From the NCBI GenBank assembly GCA_963760795.1, contig CAVXEP010000032.1, positions 1 through 64,000 on the forward strand: DNA of 64,000 nt, in the 5' to 3' direction. Origin of the DNA: an uncultured delta proteobacterium (GTDB lineage Bacteria > Desulfobacterota > Binatia > UBA9968). This document shows positions 29,943 to 40,073 of this stretch, piece after piece (the stretch's first letter is position 1; each line of letters begins with the position of its first letter). Under the pieces are notes generated by a model that worked only from the letters and a program-made list of their open reading frames with translations, made no database searches and had not been told where the DNA came from. A program made the position numbers and the translations under genes.

Positions 29943-30051
29943 CCGTTCAAGGTTCAAGGGTTCAAAAGTTCAACGTCGGAGTGCTTCGGTGAAAATCGCA
30001 GACGTTTGATTTTTCCGACCTTGAACCTTGAACTTTTGAACCTTTGAACGG
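29943..30051. repeat. Family A hairpin, purely intergenic copy
   Basis: ccgttcaaggttcaagggttcaaaagttcaacgtcgga ... tccgaccttgaaccttgaacttttgaacctttgaacgg. Confidence 0.88.
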
Positions 30052-30068
30052 TCAGCAAAGATTTATCT

Positions 30069-31589
30069 ATGGGCACAAGTATTCCAATGTTGATGGGCGA
30101 CGGCTTGCGCCGGAACGGCTGGAAGTTTCCACTCAAGGTCGCGGCGCGGGATAAGTTTCGCGAAACGACCTACGGCGAGCTTAATGCGCGGGTGAACCGG
30201 CTAGCCAATGGCTTGCTCGCCATCGGCGTGAAGCGCGGCGACGGTGTGGCGTTGTCGGTGGGCAATCGGATCGAGCATCTGGAGATTATTTTCGCCACCG
30301 CCAAGATCGGCGCGCTGGCGATCCCCCTCGATGTGAAATGGAAGGCGTTGGAGTTGGCGTCCGTAGTCGCCACACTGGAGCCGCGTTTTATCATTCTCCA
30401 AGAAGAGTGCGCCGGGGAGTTCGCCAAGGCTAAGGAGCTGAAAGATCTCAGTTCGATCAAAGCGATTTCGCTTTCGGCTGACTTGAGCTACAGCGGTTTG
30501 CTCGACGGCCAGAGCGCCGACGAGCCGGAAGTTCAGGTCAGCGAAGACGATCCGTTTGCAGTTTTGCTTACTTCGGGTACGACGGGTTTCCCCAAAGGTT
30601 GCCTGGCAACCCAGCGGACCTTTGTCTTTCATTGCATCAATAACGCCATCGAGAAGGGGCTCGGTGCCCACGACAGGGCGATTCTCTCTTCGCCGATTTA
30701 TTTCAACGCCGGGCGGTCGTTTACCCTGGGGATTATTTACTTCGGCGGGACGATGATTTTACATGAGCGCTTCGATGCCGAGGAAGTGCTCAGGACCATC
30801 GAGCGTGACAAGGTAACCTATGTCGGCGCGGTGCCGGTGATGTGCGAGCGCATGCTCCACGTTCTGGAGGCGACCAAATACGACACCAGCTCATTGCGCT
30901 GTTTGGCGATCACCGGCGGCAAGGTTCATCCCGCGGTGCTCGAAGCGCTGCAAAAAAATCTCACGCCGAACATTTATCGCACCTATGCGTCCACCGATTC
31001 CGGCCAGATGGCGATCTCGAAACCCGGCGATGCGCCCGCCAAGGCGAACTCGGCGGGCCGGCCGGTGTGGTGCGTCGATCTGCGCATCGTCGATGACGAT
31101 GGTAAGCCGGTCAAAGTCGGCGATGTCGGCGAGATCATCTGCCAAAGTCCGCTGGCAACCCATGGCTATTACAAAAATCCCGAGGCGACGACCGTTTCAT
31201 TTCGCGATGGCTGGTTCTACACCGGCGATCTCGGCTACTTCGATGAGGAAGGCTATCTGTTTGTTTCCGGGCGCAAGAAAGATATGGTCAAAAGCGGCGG
31301 CATCAGCATCTATCCGCTGGAGATCGAGAGCGTGATCTATAGTCACCCTGATATTCTCGAAGCCGCCGTCGTCGGCGTGCCCGATCCGCAGTGGGGCGAG
31401 GCGTTGAAAGCGGTGATCGTGCTCAAGCCCGGTGGTAAACTGGACAGTGTCGAGTTGTTGAGTTTTTGCAAAGAGCGGTTGGCGGCTTACAAAGTGCCGA
31501 AGTCGGTGGACTTCGTCGAGTCGCTGCCACATACGGAAGTGGGCAAAGTGAACAAGGTCCAGGTTCGCGAGATGATCTTGCGGCGCTAA
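30069..31589 (+). CDS. AMP-binding acyl-CoA synthetase / CoA ligase
   Basis: TSGTTGFPKG, YTGDLG, GRKKDMVKSGG, YKVPK. Confidence 0.92.
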   Translation: MGTSIPMLMGDGLRRNGWKFPLKVAARDKFRETTYGELNARVNRLANGLLAIGVKRGDGVALSVGNRIEHLEIIFATAKIGALAIPLDVKWKALELASVVATLEPRFIILQEECAGEFAKAKELKDLSSIKAISLSADLSYSGLLDGQSADEPEVQVSEDDPFAVLLTSGTTGFPKGCLATQRTFVFHCINNAIEKGLGAHDRAILSSPIYFNAGRSFTLGIIYFGGTMILHERFDAEEVLRTIERDKVTYVGAVPVMCERMLHVLEATKYDTSSLRCLAITGGKVHPAVLEALQKNLTPNIYRTYASTDSGQMAISKPGDAPAKANSAGRPVWCVDLRIVDDDGKPVKVGDVGEIICQSPLATHGYYKNPEATTVSFRDGWFYTGDLGYFDEEGYLFVSGRKKDMVKSGGISIYPLEIESVIYSHPDILEAAVVGVPDPQWGEALKAVIVLKPGGKLDSVELLSFCKERLAAYKVPKSVDFVESLPHTEVGKVNKVQVREMILRR

Positions 31590-31609
31590 TCTAATCTCAA
31601 GGTGTTTTC

Positions 31610-33479
31610 TTGAATCCGATGGTTTGGTTGCGTAGTTTCGGCACAAGGCGGCTGCTCTGGTTCGGCTTTGGCGTGCTGACATTCGTAATCGTGTCGATTA
31701 GCATCATCGTTATCGTTCGAGTCCACTCTGTCGCTTCGAATATCGAAAAACAAACAAAGATCGCTAAACCGCGCAGCGCGACAGCGCGGGAAATGGAACT
31801 TATTCTCCTCGACTATGCCTTGGGCGTGCATCAATACCTCAGAGGCGACGATCTCGCGCGCTTAAGGGGGTCCAGGTACGCAGCGGACGTGGCGCTGCAG
31901 CTCGACGGATATACGGCGCTGGCCGAGACCGCGCGGCAACGGGAATTGGCGGCGCGGCTGCAGACCGGCTGGCAGGATGTTCACGCGTTGGGCGAGGCGC
32001 TGATGGCGGCGCGCACGGCAAATCGCGAGGAGGTGGCCGCTTCACGGAAACAGGTTACACGGCTGGAGCAGTTGTCTAGTTTCCGAGTTGCGGCCGGACG
32101 CGGAAGGTCACTGAAGCGCTCAGTGTCGAAACTCATGGCAGCCTCCAGAAAACCGAGATCGTTACGTTGTCTCTGCTATTTCTTGGACTGGCGATCGCGC
32201 TGACGATCAGCATGGCGGTGGTGCGCGCGGTGCTTGCGGGCGAGGCCGTGTGCGCGAAAGCAAGGAGCGGTTGACCAGCCTCAATGCGATGTTGGAGCAG
32301 ACAGTGGACCAGCGCACGCAGGAGTTGCGCGAGATCAACGAAGATCTCGATCAGCGGGTCGTCCAAAGAACCCGAGCGCTGGGGGATTCGCAAAAGAAGC
32401 TCCGTGCTTTTGTCGAGCAATTGACGCGCGCCGAAGAGCAGGAGCGGCACCGGTTGGCGAGCGAGTTGAACGACTACCTGGGGCAATTGCTGGTTGTCAG
32501 CCAGATAAATCTCGGCCGCGCCGAAAAGTTTGCCGTGTCGGACAACGCCAAGAATGCGTTCACCGACGCCCGGCAATCGCTGGACGATTCGATCGCCTTC
32601 ACACGCACGCTGATAGCGCAGCTGAGCCCGCAGGTGCTCTACGATCTCGGCCTGCCGGCGGCGCTCGCCTGGCTCGGCGAACAGATGGAGCAGCAGCATG
32701 AGTTGCGGGTCGAGGTGGTCGGCGATTCCGCCGGCTTTGTGCTTGACGAGGCGCGCGCGATATTGGCCTTTCAGTGCGCCCGTGAACTGTTATGGAACGT
32801 GGTCAAGCATGGCGCGACCCAAGAAGCGAGGGTTTGCTATGAGTTGAAAAATGGCGAGCTGAGGGTTGAGGTCGCGGACCGAGGCCGGGGGTTCGACCTG
32901 GCCAACGTCGAAAGCCGGGCCGCCGGAAGCGAGAAGTTCGGACTGTTCGGCATGCGCCAACGTTTGGAACTTCATCAAGGTCGGCTGGTGGTCGAATCGG
33001 CGCCGGGGCAAGGAACTTCAGTGAAAGTGATCTTGCCGGTGGCGGTGGTGCCGGCGTTGCCGGCAGCTTCGATTAAGCCCCACGCGCCCGAAGAGTTTAG
33101 GGTCACGACGAACAAGCCTGTGCGCATCGCCTTGGTGGACGATCATGAGATGGTGCGCCAGGGACTGCGCTGGCTACTCGAAGACCACCAAGACATCCGG
33201 GTGGTCGGTGAAGCCAAAGGTGGCCGGGAGGCGATCGACCTGGCCCATGAGCTCAAGCCCGACGTAATCGTCATGGACGTTAACATGCCGGGGATGAATG
33301 GCATCGAGGCGACCCGGCGCATCGTTGAGGACCAGCCCGGGGTGATCGTCATCGGGCTATCGTTCGCCAGCGATCCGTCCATCCAAGCGGCGATGAAGAA
33401 TGCCGGCGCCTATGTTTGCGTGACCAAGGAGCGGGCGGCGGAGGATATCTATCGAGCGATCGTCGATGCCGTGAATTGA
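31610..33479 (+). CDS. Hybrid sensor kinase-response regulator (HisKA_3/HATPase/REC), copy 1, frameshifted at 32030-32250
   Basis: ORFs 31610-32203 and 32250-33479 align to the intact copy 2. Confidence 0.78.
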
Positions 33480-33570
33480 GAGTCGCCAGGTAAGACATGA
33501 TCGGCGCCCATGATCTAAAGAATTTTCACCGACAAAGGTCCTAGTGCGGCGTAGCCGCGACCGAGGTTGG

Positions 33571-34172
33571 CTCGGCGGCCAGAGCGCCGACGAGCCTGAA
33601 GTTCAGGTCAGCGAAGACGATCCGTTTGCAGTTTTGCTTGCTTCGAGTACGAGGGGGGTTTCCCTGAAGGTTGCCTGGCAACCCAGGCGGACCTTGGTCT
33701 TTCATTCGGCGATGTCGGCGAGATCATCTGCCAAAGTCCGCTGGCGGCTCATGGCTATTACAAAAATCCCGGCGCGACGACGGTTTCATTTGGCGCTGGC
33801 TGGTTTTACACCGGCGATCTCGGCTACTTCGATGAGGAAGGTTTTTTATTTGTTTTGGGGTCGCAAGAAAGATATGGTTAACACTGGCGGCATCAGCGTC
33901 TATCCGCTGGAGATCGAGAGCGTGATTTACAGTCACCCCGATATTCTCGAAGCCGCGTCATAGGCGTGCCCAACCCGCAGTGGGGCGAGGCATTGAAAGC
34001 GGTGATCGTGCTCAAGCCCGGTGGTAAACTGGACAGTGTCGAGTTGTTGAGTTTTTGTAAAGAGCGGTTGGCGGCGTACAAAGTGACGAAGTCGGTGGAG
34101 TTGGTCGAGTCGCTGCCACACACGGAAGTGGCAAGGTGAACAAGATCCAGTACCTAAGATGTTCTTGCGGCT
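33571..34172 (+). pseudogene. Degraded, internally deleted duplicate of the CoA ligase 3' part
   Basis: [17 protein letters not shown] and [17 protein letters not shown] with indels. Confidence 0.85.
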
Positions 34173-34190
34173 TTAATCTTGCGTGAAAGA

Positions 34191-36104
34191 ATGGCCATGA
34201 AGCTTATACCGCGGTTGCCCCCTCTCGGCGCAAGATGGCTGCTTTGGCTCGGCTGTGGCGGGCTGACAGCGATCCTGGTGTTGATTGGCATCATCGATTT
34301 TGTCAGGCTTCAAGCGATCGCGACGAGTTTCGAGAAAGATAAAAACGTCGCCAAGCCTCGCGCCTCGGCTGGGCAGGAATTGGAAATCAAAGTCCTTGGG
34401 TATTCGTTGAGCGTATGGCGATACCTGGGCGGTAGCGATGCGGCGCGCCAACGGGCGGCCAAAGAGGCAGCGGACGTGGCGCTGCAGCTCGACGGATATA
34501 CGGCGCTGGCCGAGACCGCGCGGCAACGGGAACTGGCGGCGCGGCTGCGCACCGGCTGGCAGGATGTTCACGCGTTGGGCGAGGCGCTGATGGCGGCGCG
34601 CACGGCGAATCGCGACAAGTCGGACCGCTTTTCGGAACAGGTTACTAGGCTGGAGCAGTTGTTAGATTCCGAGTTGCAGCCGGACGCGGAAATCATTTTT
34701 AGCCCGCTCAGTGCCGAAACTCATGGCAGCCTCCAGAAAACCGAGATCGTTACGTTGTCCCTGCTATTTCTTGGACTGGCGATCGCGCTGACGATCAGCA
34801 TGGCGGTGGTGCGCGCGGTGCTTGCGGGCGAAGCTCAATTGCGCGAAAGCAAGGAGCGGTTAACCAGCCTCAATGCGATGTTGGAGCAGACAGTGGACCA
34901 GCGCACGCAGGAGTTGCGCCAGATCAACGAAGATCTCGATCAGCGGGTCGTCCAAAGAACCCGAGCGCTGGGGGATTCGCAAAAGAAGCTCCGTGCTTTT
35001 GTCGAGCAATTGACGCGCGCCGAAGAGCAGGAACGGCACCGGTTGGCGAGCGAGTTGAACGACTACCTGGGGCAATTGCTGGTTGTCAGCCAGATAAATC
35101 TCGGCCGCGCCGAAAAGTTTGCCGTGTCGGACAACGCCAAGAATGCGTTCACCGACGCCCGGCAATCGCTGGACGATTCGATCGCCTTCACACGCACGCT
35201 CATAGCGCAGCTGAGCCCGCAGGTGCTCTACGATCTCGGCCTGCCGGCGGCGCTCGCCTGGCTCGGCGAACAGATGGAGCAGCAGCATGAGTTGCGGGTC
35301 GAGGTGGTCGGCGATTCCGCCGGCTTTGTGCTTGACGAGGCGCGCGCGATATTGGCCTTTCAGTGCGCCCGTGAACTGTTATGGAACGTGGTCAAGCATA
35401 GCGCGACCCAAGAAGCGAGGGTTTGCTATGAGTTGAAAAATGGCGAGCTGAGGGTTGAGGTCGCGGACCGAGGCCGGGGGTTCGACCTGGCCAACGTCGA
35501 AAGCCGGGCCGCCGGAAGCGAGAAGTTCGGACTGTTCGGCATGCGCCAACGTTTGGAACTTCATCAAGGTCGGCTGGTGGTCGAATCGGCGCCGGGGCAA
35601 GGAACTTCAGTGAAAGTGATCTTGCCGGTGGCGGTGGTGCCGGCGTTGCCGGCAGCTTCGATTAAGCCCCACGCGCCCGAAGAGTTTAGGGTCACGACGA
35701 ACAAGCCTGTGCGCATCGCCTTGGTGGACGATCATGAGATGGTGCGCCAGGGACTGCGCTGGCTACTCGAAGACCACCAAGACATCCGGGTGGTCGGTGA
35801 AGCCAAAGGTGGCCGGGAGGCGATCGACCTGGCCCATGAGCTCAAGCCCGACGTAATCGTCATGGACGTTAACATGCCGGGGATGAATGGCATCGAGGCG
35901 ACCCGGCGCATCGTTGAGGACCAGCCCGGGGTGATCGTCATCGGGCTATCGTTCGCCAGCGATCCGTCCATCCAAGCGGCGATGAAGAATGCCGGCGCCT
36001 ATGTTTGCGTGACCAAGGAGCGGGCGGCGGAGGATATCTATCGAGCGATTGTCGATGCCGTGAATCAACCGCTGCCACCTGGGCGGATCGATGACGCGCG
36101 GTAA
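34191..36104 (+). CDS. Membrane hybrid sensor kinase-response regulator, copy 2 (intact)
   Basis: Two TM segments, coiled coil, [26 protein letters not shown] domain LVDDH..MDVNMP. Confidence 0.88.
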   Translation: MAMKLIPRLPPLGARWLLWLGCGGLTAILVLIGIIDFVRLQAIATSFEKDKNVAKPRASAGQELEIKVLGYSLSVWRYLGGSDAARQRAAKEAADVALQLDGYTALAETARQRELAARLRTGWQDVHALGEALMAARTANRDKSDRFSEQVTRLEQLLDSELQPDAEIIFSPLSAETHGSLQKTEIVTLSLLFLGLAIALTISMAVVRAVLAGEAQLRESKERLTSLNAMLEQTVDQRTQELRQINEDLDQRVVQRTRALGDSQKKLRAFVEQLTRAEEQERHRLASELNDYLGQLLVVSQINLGRAEKFAVSDNAKNAFTDARQSLDDSIAFTRTLIAQLSPQVLYDLGLPAALAWLGEQMEQQHELRVEVVGDSAGFVLDEARAILAFQCARELLWNVVKHSATQEARVCYELKNGELRVEVADRGRGFDLANVESRAAGSEKFGLFGMRQRLELHQGRLVVESAPGQGTSVKVILPVAVVPALPAASIKPHAPEEFRVTTNKPVRIALVDDHEMVRQGLRWLLEDHQDIRVVGEAKGGREAIDLAHELKPDVIVMDVNMPGMNGIEATRRIVEDQPGVIVIGLSFASDPSIQAAMKNAGAYVCVTKERAAEDIYRAIVDAVNQPLPPGRIDDAR

Positions 36105-36145
36105 AGATTTTTCGCCCACGACGGTGCGACAGACATTGATCTTAG

Positions 36146-37132
36146 TCAGATTTTATCCATGATATCGCGGGCAAAGCTTTGCAGGGTCGTCTGCTTCGAC
36201 GGGCCGCAGGGGATGATCGTCAGCTCGTCGATGCCGGCGGCGAGGAACTGTTGCACTTTGTCTTTGAGTTGATCTGCCGTGCCGGCTAAAGCAAAGCGAT
36301 CGAGCCATTGATCGCGAACCAGATAGCTGTGCGCGGCGTCCATGTGATGGTAAGTGTTGTATTCTTGGCGCATGCGCGCGATTGCACTTCGGTCTTCCGG
36401 ATCCTCTAATTGGCCGCGGTCGTACAGACGCCCCAATTGCGTCATGGCGGTGCGCGCCACCACGCCTTTAACGGCGTTCCGGGCCTGCGCCGCGTCATCG
36501 TCGATGGCGCAGGGCAAGCGGTAGATGAACTCGACTTCTCCAGGCTTTCTCCCCGCCTCTTGGGCATAGCTTTGGATCTGCTGCACCAATTCGATTAGCG
36601 AATCCGACGCGCCGGCATGGATGAATCCCGCCGTCAGACGGCAAGCCATTTTCATGACCTGCGGCGCGCGGGTGCCAATATAGATGGGAATCTCGCCGCA
36701 GGGAAATAGACATTTGGCTGCCGTGCCATTGAATTCCACCGGCTCGCCGCGCAGGAGTTGTTTTAAGCTCAGTATGTCGGCTTCGAATTCAGTCACCGTC
36801 ACCGGTTGCATGCCGACGTTGGCCGGGCCGCTGGCGCCGACGCCGAAGCCAAGAAAAACGCGCCCACCGGTCAATTCGTGCAAGGTCGCCATGGCGCTGG
36901 CGGTGACGGTCAGATGGCGCACCACTGGGTGGGTGACGCCGGGGCCGATGGCGATTTTGTTGGTCGCCATGGCGATGGCGCCGGCGAGGACGTAGAGCTC
37001 GCGCCAGATCATGTGCGAATCGCCGATCCAGAATCGGTCGTAACCGAGAGCTTCGGCGCTACGCGCCAGCGCGACAGCTTCGCGGGCGTTGTCTGTGCCA
37101 TAGATGCCGACGCCGAATTTTATTCGAGCCAT
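36146..37132 (-). CDS. LLM-class flavin/F420-dependent oxidoreductase
   Basis: GYDRFWIGDSH, IGPGVTHP..RH, GGRVFLGFGVG. Confidence 0.88.
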   Translation of the reverse strand: MARIKFGVGIYGTDNAREAVALARSAEALGYDRFWIGDSHMIWRELYVLAGAIAMATNKIAIGPGVTHPVVRHLTVTASAMATLHELTGGRVFLGFGVGASGPANVGMQPVTVTEFEADILSLKQLLRGEPVEFNGTAAKCLFPCGEIPIYIGTRAPQVMKMACRLTAGFIHAGASDSLIELVQQIQSYAQEAGRKPGEVEFIYRLPCAIDDDAAQARNAVKGVVARTAMTQLGRLYDRGQLEDPEDRSAIARMRQEYNTYHHMDAAHSYLVRDQWLDRFALAGTADQLKDKVQQFLAAGIDELTIIPCGPSKQTTLQSFARDIMDKI

Positions 37133-37254
37133 GGGTGTCCTCGCGCGCAATTGAGATATTAGCAGTGAGACCATCTTGCACCACGAAGGGCGCGAAGGCC
37201 ACGGAGGTAAGGAGAATTTCGCTGCTCGGGTGTTAAATTCGACCTGACCAGTCG

Positions 37255-37318
37255 ATATCCCTTGCTTTGCTCATGACAGCTGCAAGATCGCTGTCATTTC
37301 GAGCGCAGCGAGAAATCT
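37255..37318. repeat. GTCATT..GAGCG..GCGAG.AATCT-type REP pair
   Basis: gtcatttcgagcgcagcgagaaatct plus a degenerate inverse copy; relative at 58350-58415. Confidence 0.65.
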
Positions 37319-37340
37319 CTCCATCGTTGCTGAGCAGCCG

Positions 37341-37484
37341 ATGCCTCTTTTCCGCGCACTGGCGTTCTACGCTTTTCATTGCAACTTCTGCAAGATCCAC
37401 AAAAAGCTCCGCTGCACTCCAGCGATGGAAGCCGAAGTTACTGGGAAAGTTTGGCAGCAAGCCGATATCGTCGATTTGCTGTGA
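37341..37484 (+). pseudogene. C-terminal remnant of an IS1-family-like transposase
   Basis: Manual translation ALAFYAFHCNFCKIHKKLRCTPAMEAEVTGKVWQQADIVDLL* matches the NF.RIH..LR.TPAM.A...W tail as I recall it. Confidence 0.65.
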
Positions 37485-37515
37485 TAAATGCAATTGATAT
37501 AGATTGACGGCCACT

Positions 37516-37719
37516 ATGGCAGAGCAAATCATTAAATGCGTCTTGTGTAGTCAACTCCTTGCAGTCGTAGCCGACATTTCAACAACGCAAACTTTGAAAA
37601 TTGCCGAAACGATACGGACAAAGGAATTAGACAATGGCGGCGTTATTATTTGCCCGAAGTGTTGGGCGTTGACTCCGATAGACGAAGAGATTCTAAAGAA
37701 GCTACCGTTAGACCTTTAG
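37516..37719 (+). CDS. Small hypothetical Zn-ribbon-like protein
   Basis: CVLC and CPKC pairs, 67 aa, low-GC patch. Confidence 0.5.
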   Translation: MAEQIIKCVLCSQLLAVVADISTTQTLKIAETIRTKELDNGGVIICPKCWALTPIDEEILKKLPLDL

Positions 37720-37857
37720 ATGCGAGTCCCCTAATGTGAAAGTTCAGACTGAACCACCAGCCATTTCCAAAGTAGCTTGACGGCAAAACCGTTCCCGATG
37801 TACTCCTGAATAGACTTGGCGGATTAGGGATTTGGCGATGCGCTCGGATCGAGGGAG

Positions 37858-37928
37858 GTGGAGTAGGAAATGGAGTATTGGAGTCATGGGGTGATGGGAT
37901 TCCGATCCCAATACTCCATTACTTCCAC
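37858..37928. repeat. Family C hairpin
   Basis: tggagtattggagtcatggggtgatggga ... tcccaatactccattacttcca. Confidence 0.8.
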
Positions 37929-37941
37929 AGAGATTGGCATT

Positions 37942-38919
37942 ATGCTGAAAAGCTTTTCGATCGCGATTCTGTTGGTGTTTGTTTTACCATCGGTTGGCGC
38001 AGCTCAATCCAAGATCAAGTTTCCCTACAGCATTACCAGCAAGAGTCTGGGTTATGGGCCCATGTTGGCGTCGGCGAAGCTGGGATTCATGGAACGCGAG
38101 GATTTGGAGCCGCAGTTGGTTTATGTGCGCGGCGCTGATAAATCTCTCGCGGCTGTGCTTAGCGGTTCGGTCTTCGTCTCCGCCTCCGGTTCGGATGCGC
38201 ATATCGCCGCGGTGGAGCGTGGCGTCGATCTGTCGATGATCGGCGGCACCATCAATGGCTTGTCGCAGGTCATCATGACGACCAAACAATTCCAAACGCT
38301 CAACGACTTGCGCGGTAAGATCATCGGCGCCACCAGCGCGACTTCCGGCTTGGGCTTTGCCCTGCGCCGTTATATGAAAGGCAAAGGCTTTGAATTTGGC
38401 CGCGACTATCAGATCCTCGCCACCGGCAGCGCCGGGCCGACATTGGCGGCGCTGGCGGCTGGGCAGGTGCAGGCGGCGGCGCTGGGAGTGCCATTAAACT
38501 TTATCGCCGCCGATCAGGGTTTTCACGGTGTCGGCCGGATCGTCGACGTTATCCCGAGCTACCAGTTCGGCGCGTTCACGGTTTCCCGCCCAGTAGCGGA
38601 GAAGAATCGACCGTTGATGGTGCGCTTCATGCGCGCCATGATCTCGGTGCATCGCTGGTTTTATGCTAACAAAGAAGCGGCGGTGGCGTTTATGGCGAAG
38701 GAGTTGGACATGACGTCGGATTACGCACGGCGCGGCTGGGAGTATTACGTCGAGCATAAGATTTGGCCCATGGACGCCAGCGTGAATATCGAGGGCATGA
38801 ATGTGGCGACGCAGATTTATTGGGAGGCGTCGCAGTCAAAGGGAGCGGCGCCGAGCGGGAGCAAGTACGTCGATCAGAGTTTTCAAAAAGATGCGCTAAA
38901 GGAACTGGCCGGGCGTTGA
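37942..38919 (+). CDS. ABC substrate-binding protein, NMT1/SsuA-like
   Basis: Signal peptide, DLRGKIIGAT; in-frame upstream ATG 37870 lies within a repeat. Confidence 0.85.
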   Translation: MLKSFSIAILLVFVLPSVGAAQSKIKFPYSITSKSLGYGPMLASAKLGFMEREDLEPQLVYVRGADKSLAAVLSGSVFVSASGSDAHIAAVERGVDLSMIGGTINGLSQVIMTTKQFQTLNDLRGKIIGATSATSGLGFALRRYMKGKGFEFGRDYQILATGSAGPTLAALAAGQVQAAALGVPLNFIAADQGFHGVGRIVDVIPSYQFGAFTVSRPVAEKNRPLMVRFMRAMISVHRWFYANKEAAVAFMAKELDMTSDYARRGWEYYVEHKIWPMDASVNIEGMNVATQIYWEASQSKGAAPSGSKYVDQSFQKDALKELAGR

Positions 38920-38937
38920 CCCGAAGGAGGTAGCTAA

Positions 38938-40020
38938 ATGAAACGGATTGCAGATAGTTTTCCCCTGTTCGCGTTGGTCGCGATGCTCGTAACGTCGACA
39001 ACCCAGGCGGCGGAGCGGCCCTATTATCAGGGCAAGACGGTTACCTTCTTTATCAATTTCAGCGCCGGCGGTCCGACGGATATCGAAGGGCGCATTGTCG
39101 CGCGCCATCTGGCGCGCCATGTGCCGGGGAATCCAACCATTGTCGTGCAGAATATGTCCGGCGGCGGCGGCGTCACCGGTATCAACTTTCTCGGCGAGCG
39201 GGCCAAGCAGGATGGGTTAACCTTGGGATATTTCACCGGCCCCTATAACCATCAAATGATGAAGAGCTCGACACTGCGCGTCGATTTGATGAAAGTGCCG
39301 TTTATCGCGGCGGTGGCGGGCGTCACCGTTTGTTACATTCGCTCCGATGTCGCGCCGGGGATCAAGAAACCGACGGACATTGCCAAGGCCGAGCGGTTTC
39401 GCGCCGGCGGTCTGTCATTCGACAGCAACAAGGACCTGCGTTTTCGCTTGGCCTTCGATGTGCTCGGCGTCAAGTACGATTACGTGACGGGCTACAACAG
39501 CAGCAACGACGCGCGGCTGGCGGTGCAGCGCAACGAGATCCAATATCACGACGAAAATATTCCCGGCTACCGCGGCGTGGTCGAGCCGCAGATGGTCAAG
39601 ACCGGCATGGTCACGCCGCTCTATTATCACGATGTCATAAAGCCCGATGGGACGATGGCGAAGAGCCCGGACTATCCCGAGCTCAATTCTTTTACCGAAG
39701 TGTATACGCAGATCAATGGCAAGGCGCCGAGCGGCATGAAGTACGAAGCGCTCAAGGCCGCCAACATGGCGAGCCAAAATTTGAACCGCGTCGCTCTATT
39801 GCCGCCCAACTCTCCCAAAGAGTCGGTGCTGGCGATGCGCCAAGCGTTCAGTCAGCTCGCCAAGGACGAAGATTTCATCGCCGAAGCGAAAAAGGTCATG
39901 CGCTTCCAGCCGCGTTTCGAAGTCGGCGAAGACGGCGAGAAACTGCGCGAGCGGGTGCTGCGGGCGCCCAAGGAGATTATCGAGTTTGTTCAGAAGTATA
40001 TTGAGGACGCGAGAAAATAG
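38938..40020 (+). CDS. Divergent TctC/Bug-family protein
   Basis: YQGKTV, AGGPTD, VQNMSGGGG, QDGLTLG. Confidence 0.8.
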   Translation: MKRIADSFPLFALVAMLVTSTTQAAERPYYQGKTVTFFINFSAGGPTDIEGRIVARHLARHVPGNPTIVVQNMSGGGGVTGINFLGERAKQDGLTLGYFTGPYNHQMMKSSTLRVDLMKVPFIAAVAGVTVCYIRSDVAPGIKKPTDIAKAERFRAGGLSFDSNKDLRFRLAFDVLGVKYDYVTGYNSSNDARLAVQRNEIQYHDENIPGYRGVVEPQMVKTGMVTPLYYHDVIKPDGTMAKSPDYPELNSFTEVYTQINGKAPSGMKYEALKAANMASQNLNRVALLPPNSPKESVLAMRQAFSQLAKDEDFIAEAKKVMRFQPRFEVGEDGEKLRERVLRAPKEIIEFVQKYIEDARK

Positions 40021-40073
40021 ACCGTTCGATGTCCAAGGGTTCAAGGTTCAAGGTTTTCGCAGGGGGATTCTCA

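Larger units (their letters stand above)
30501..36065 (+). repeat. Tandem duplication: 30501-33476 repeated at 33571-36065
   Basis: Near-identical kinase sequence and ligase 3' fragments; copy 2 lacks about 30634-31117. Confidence 0.88.
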
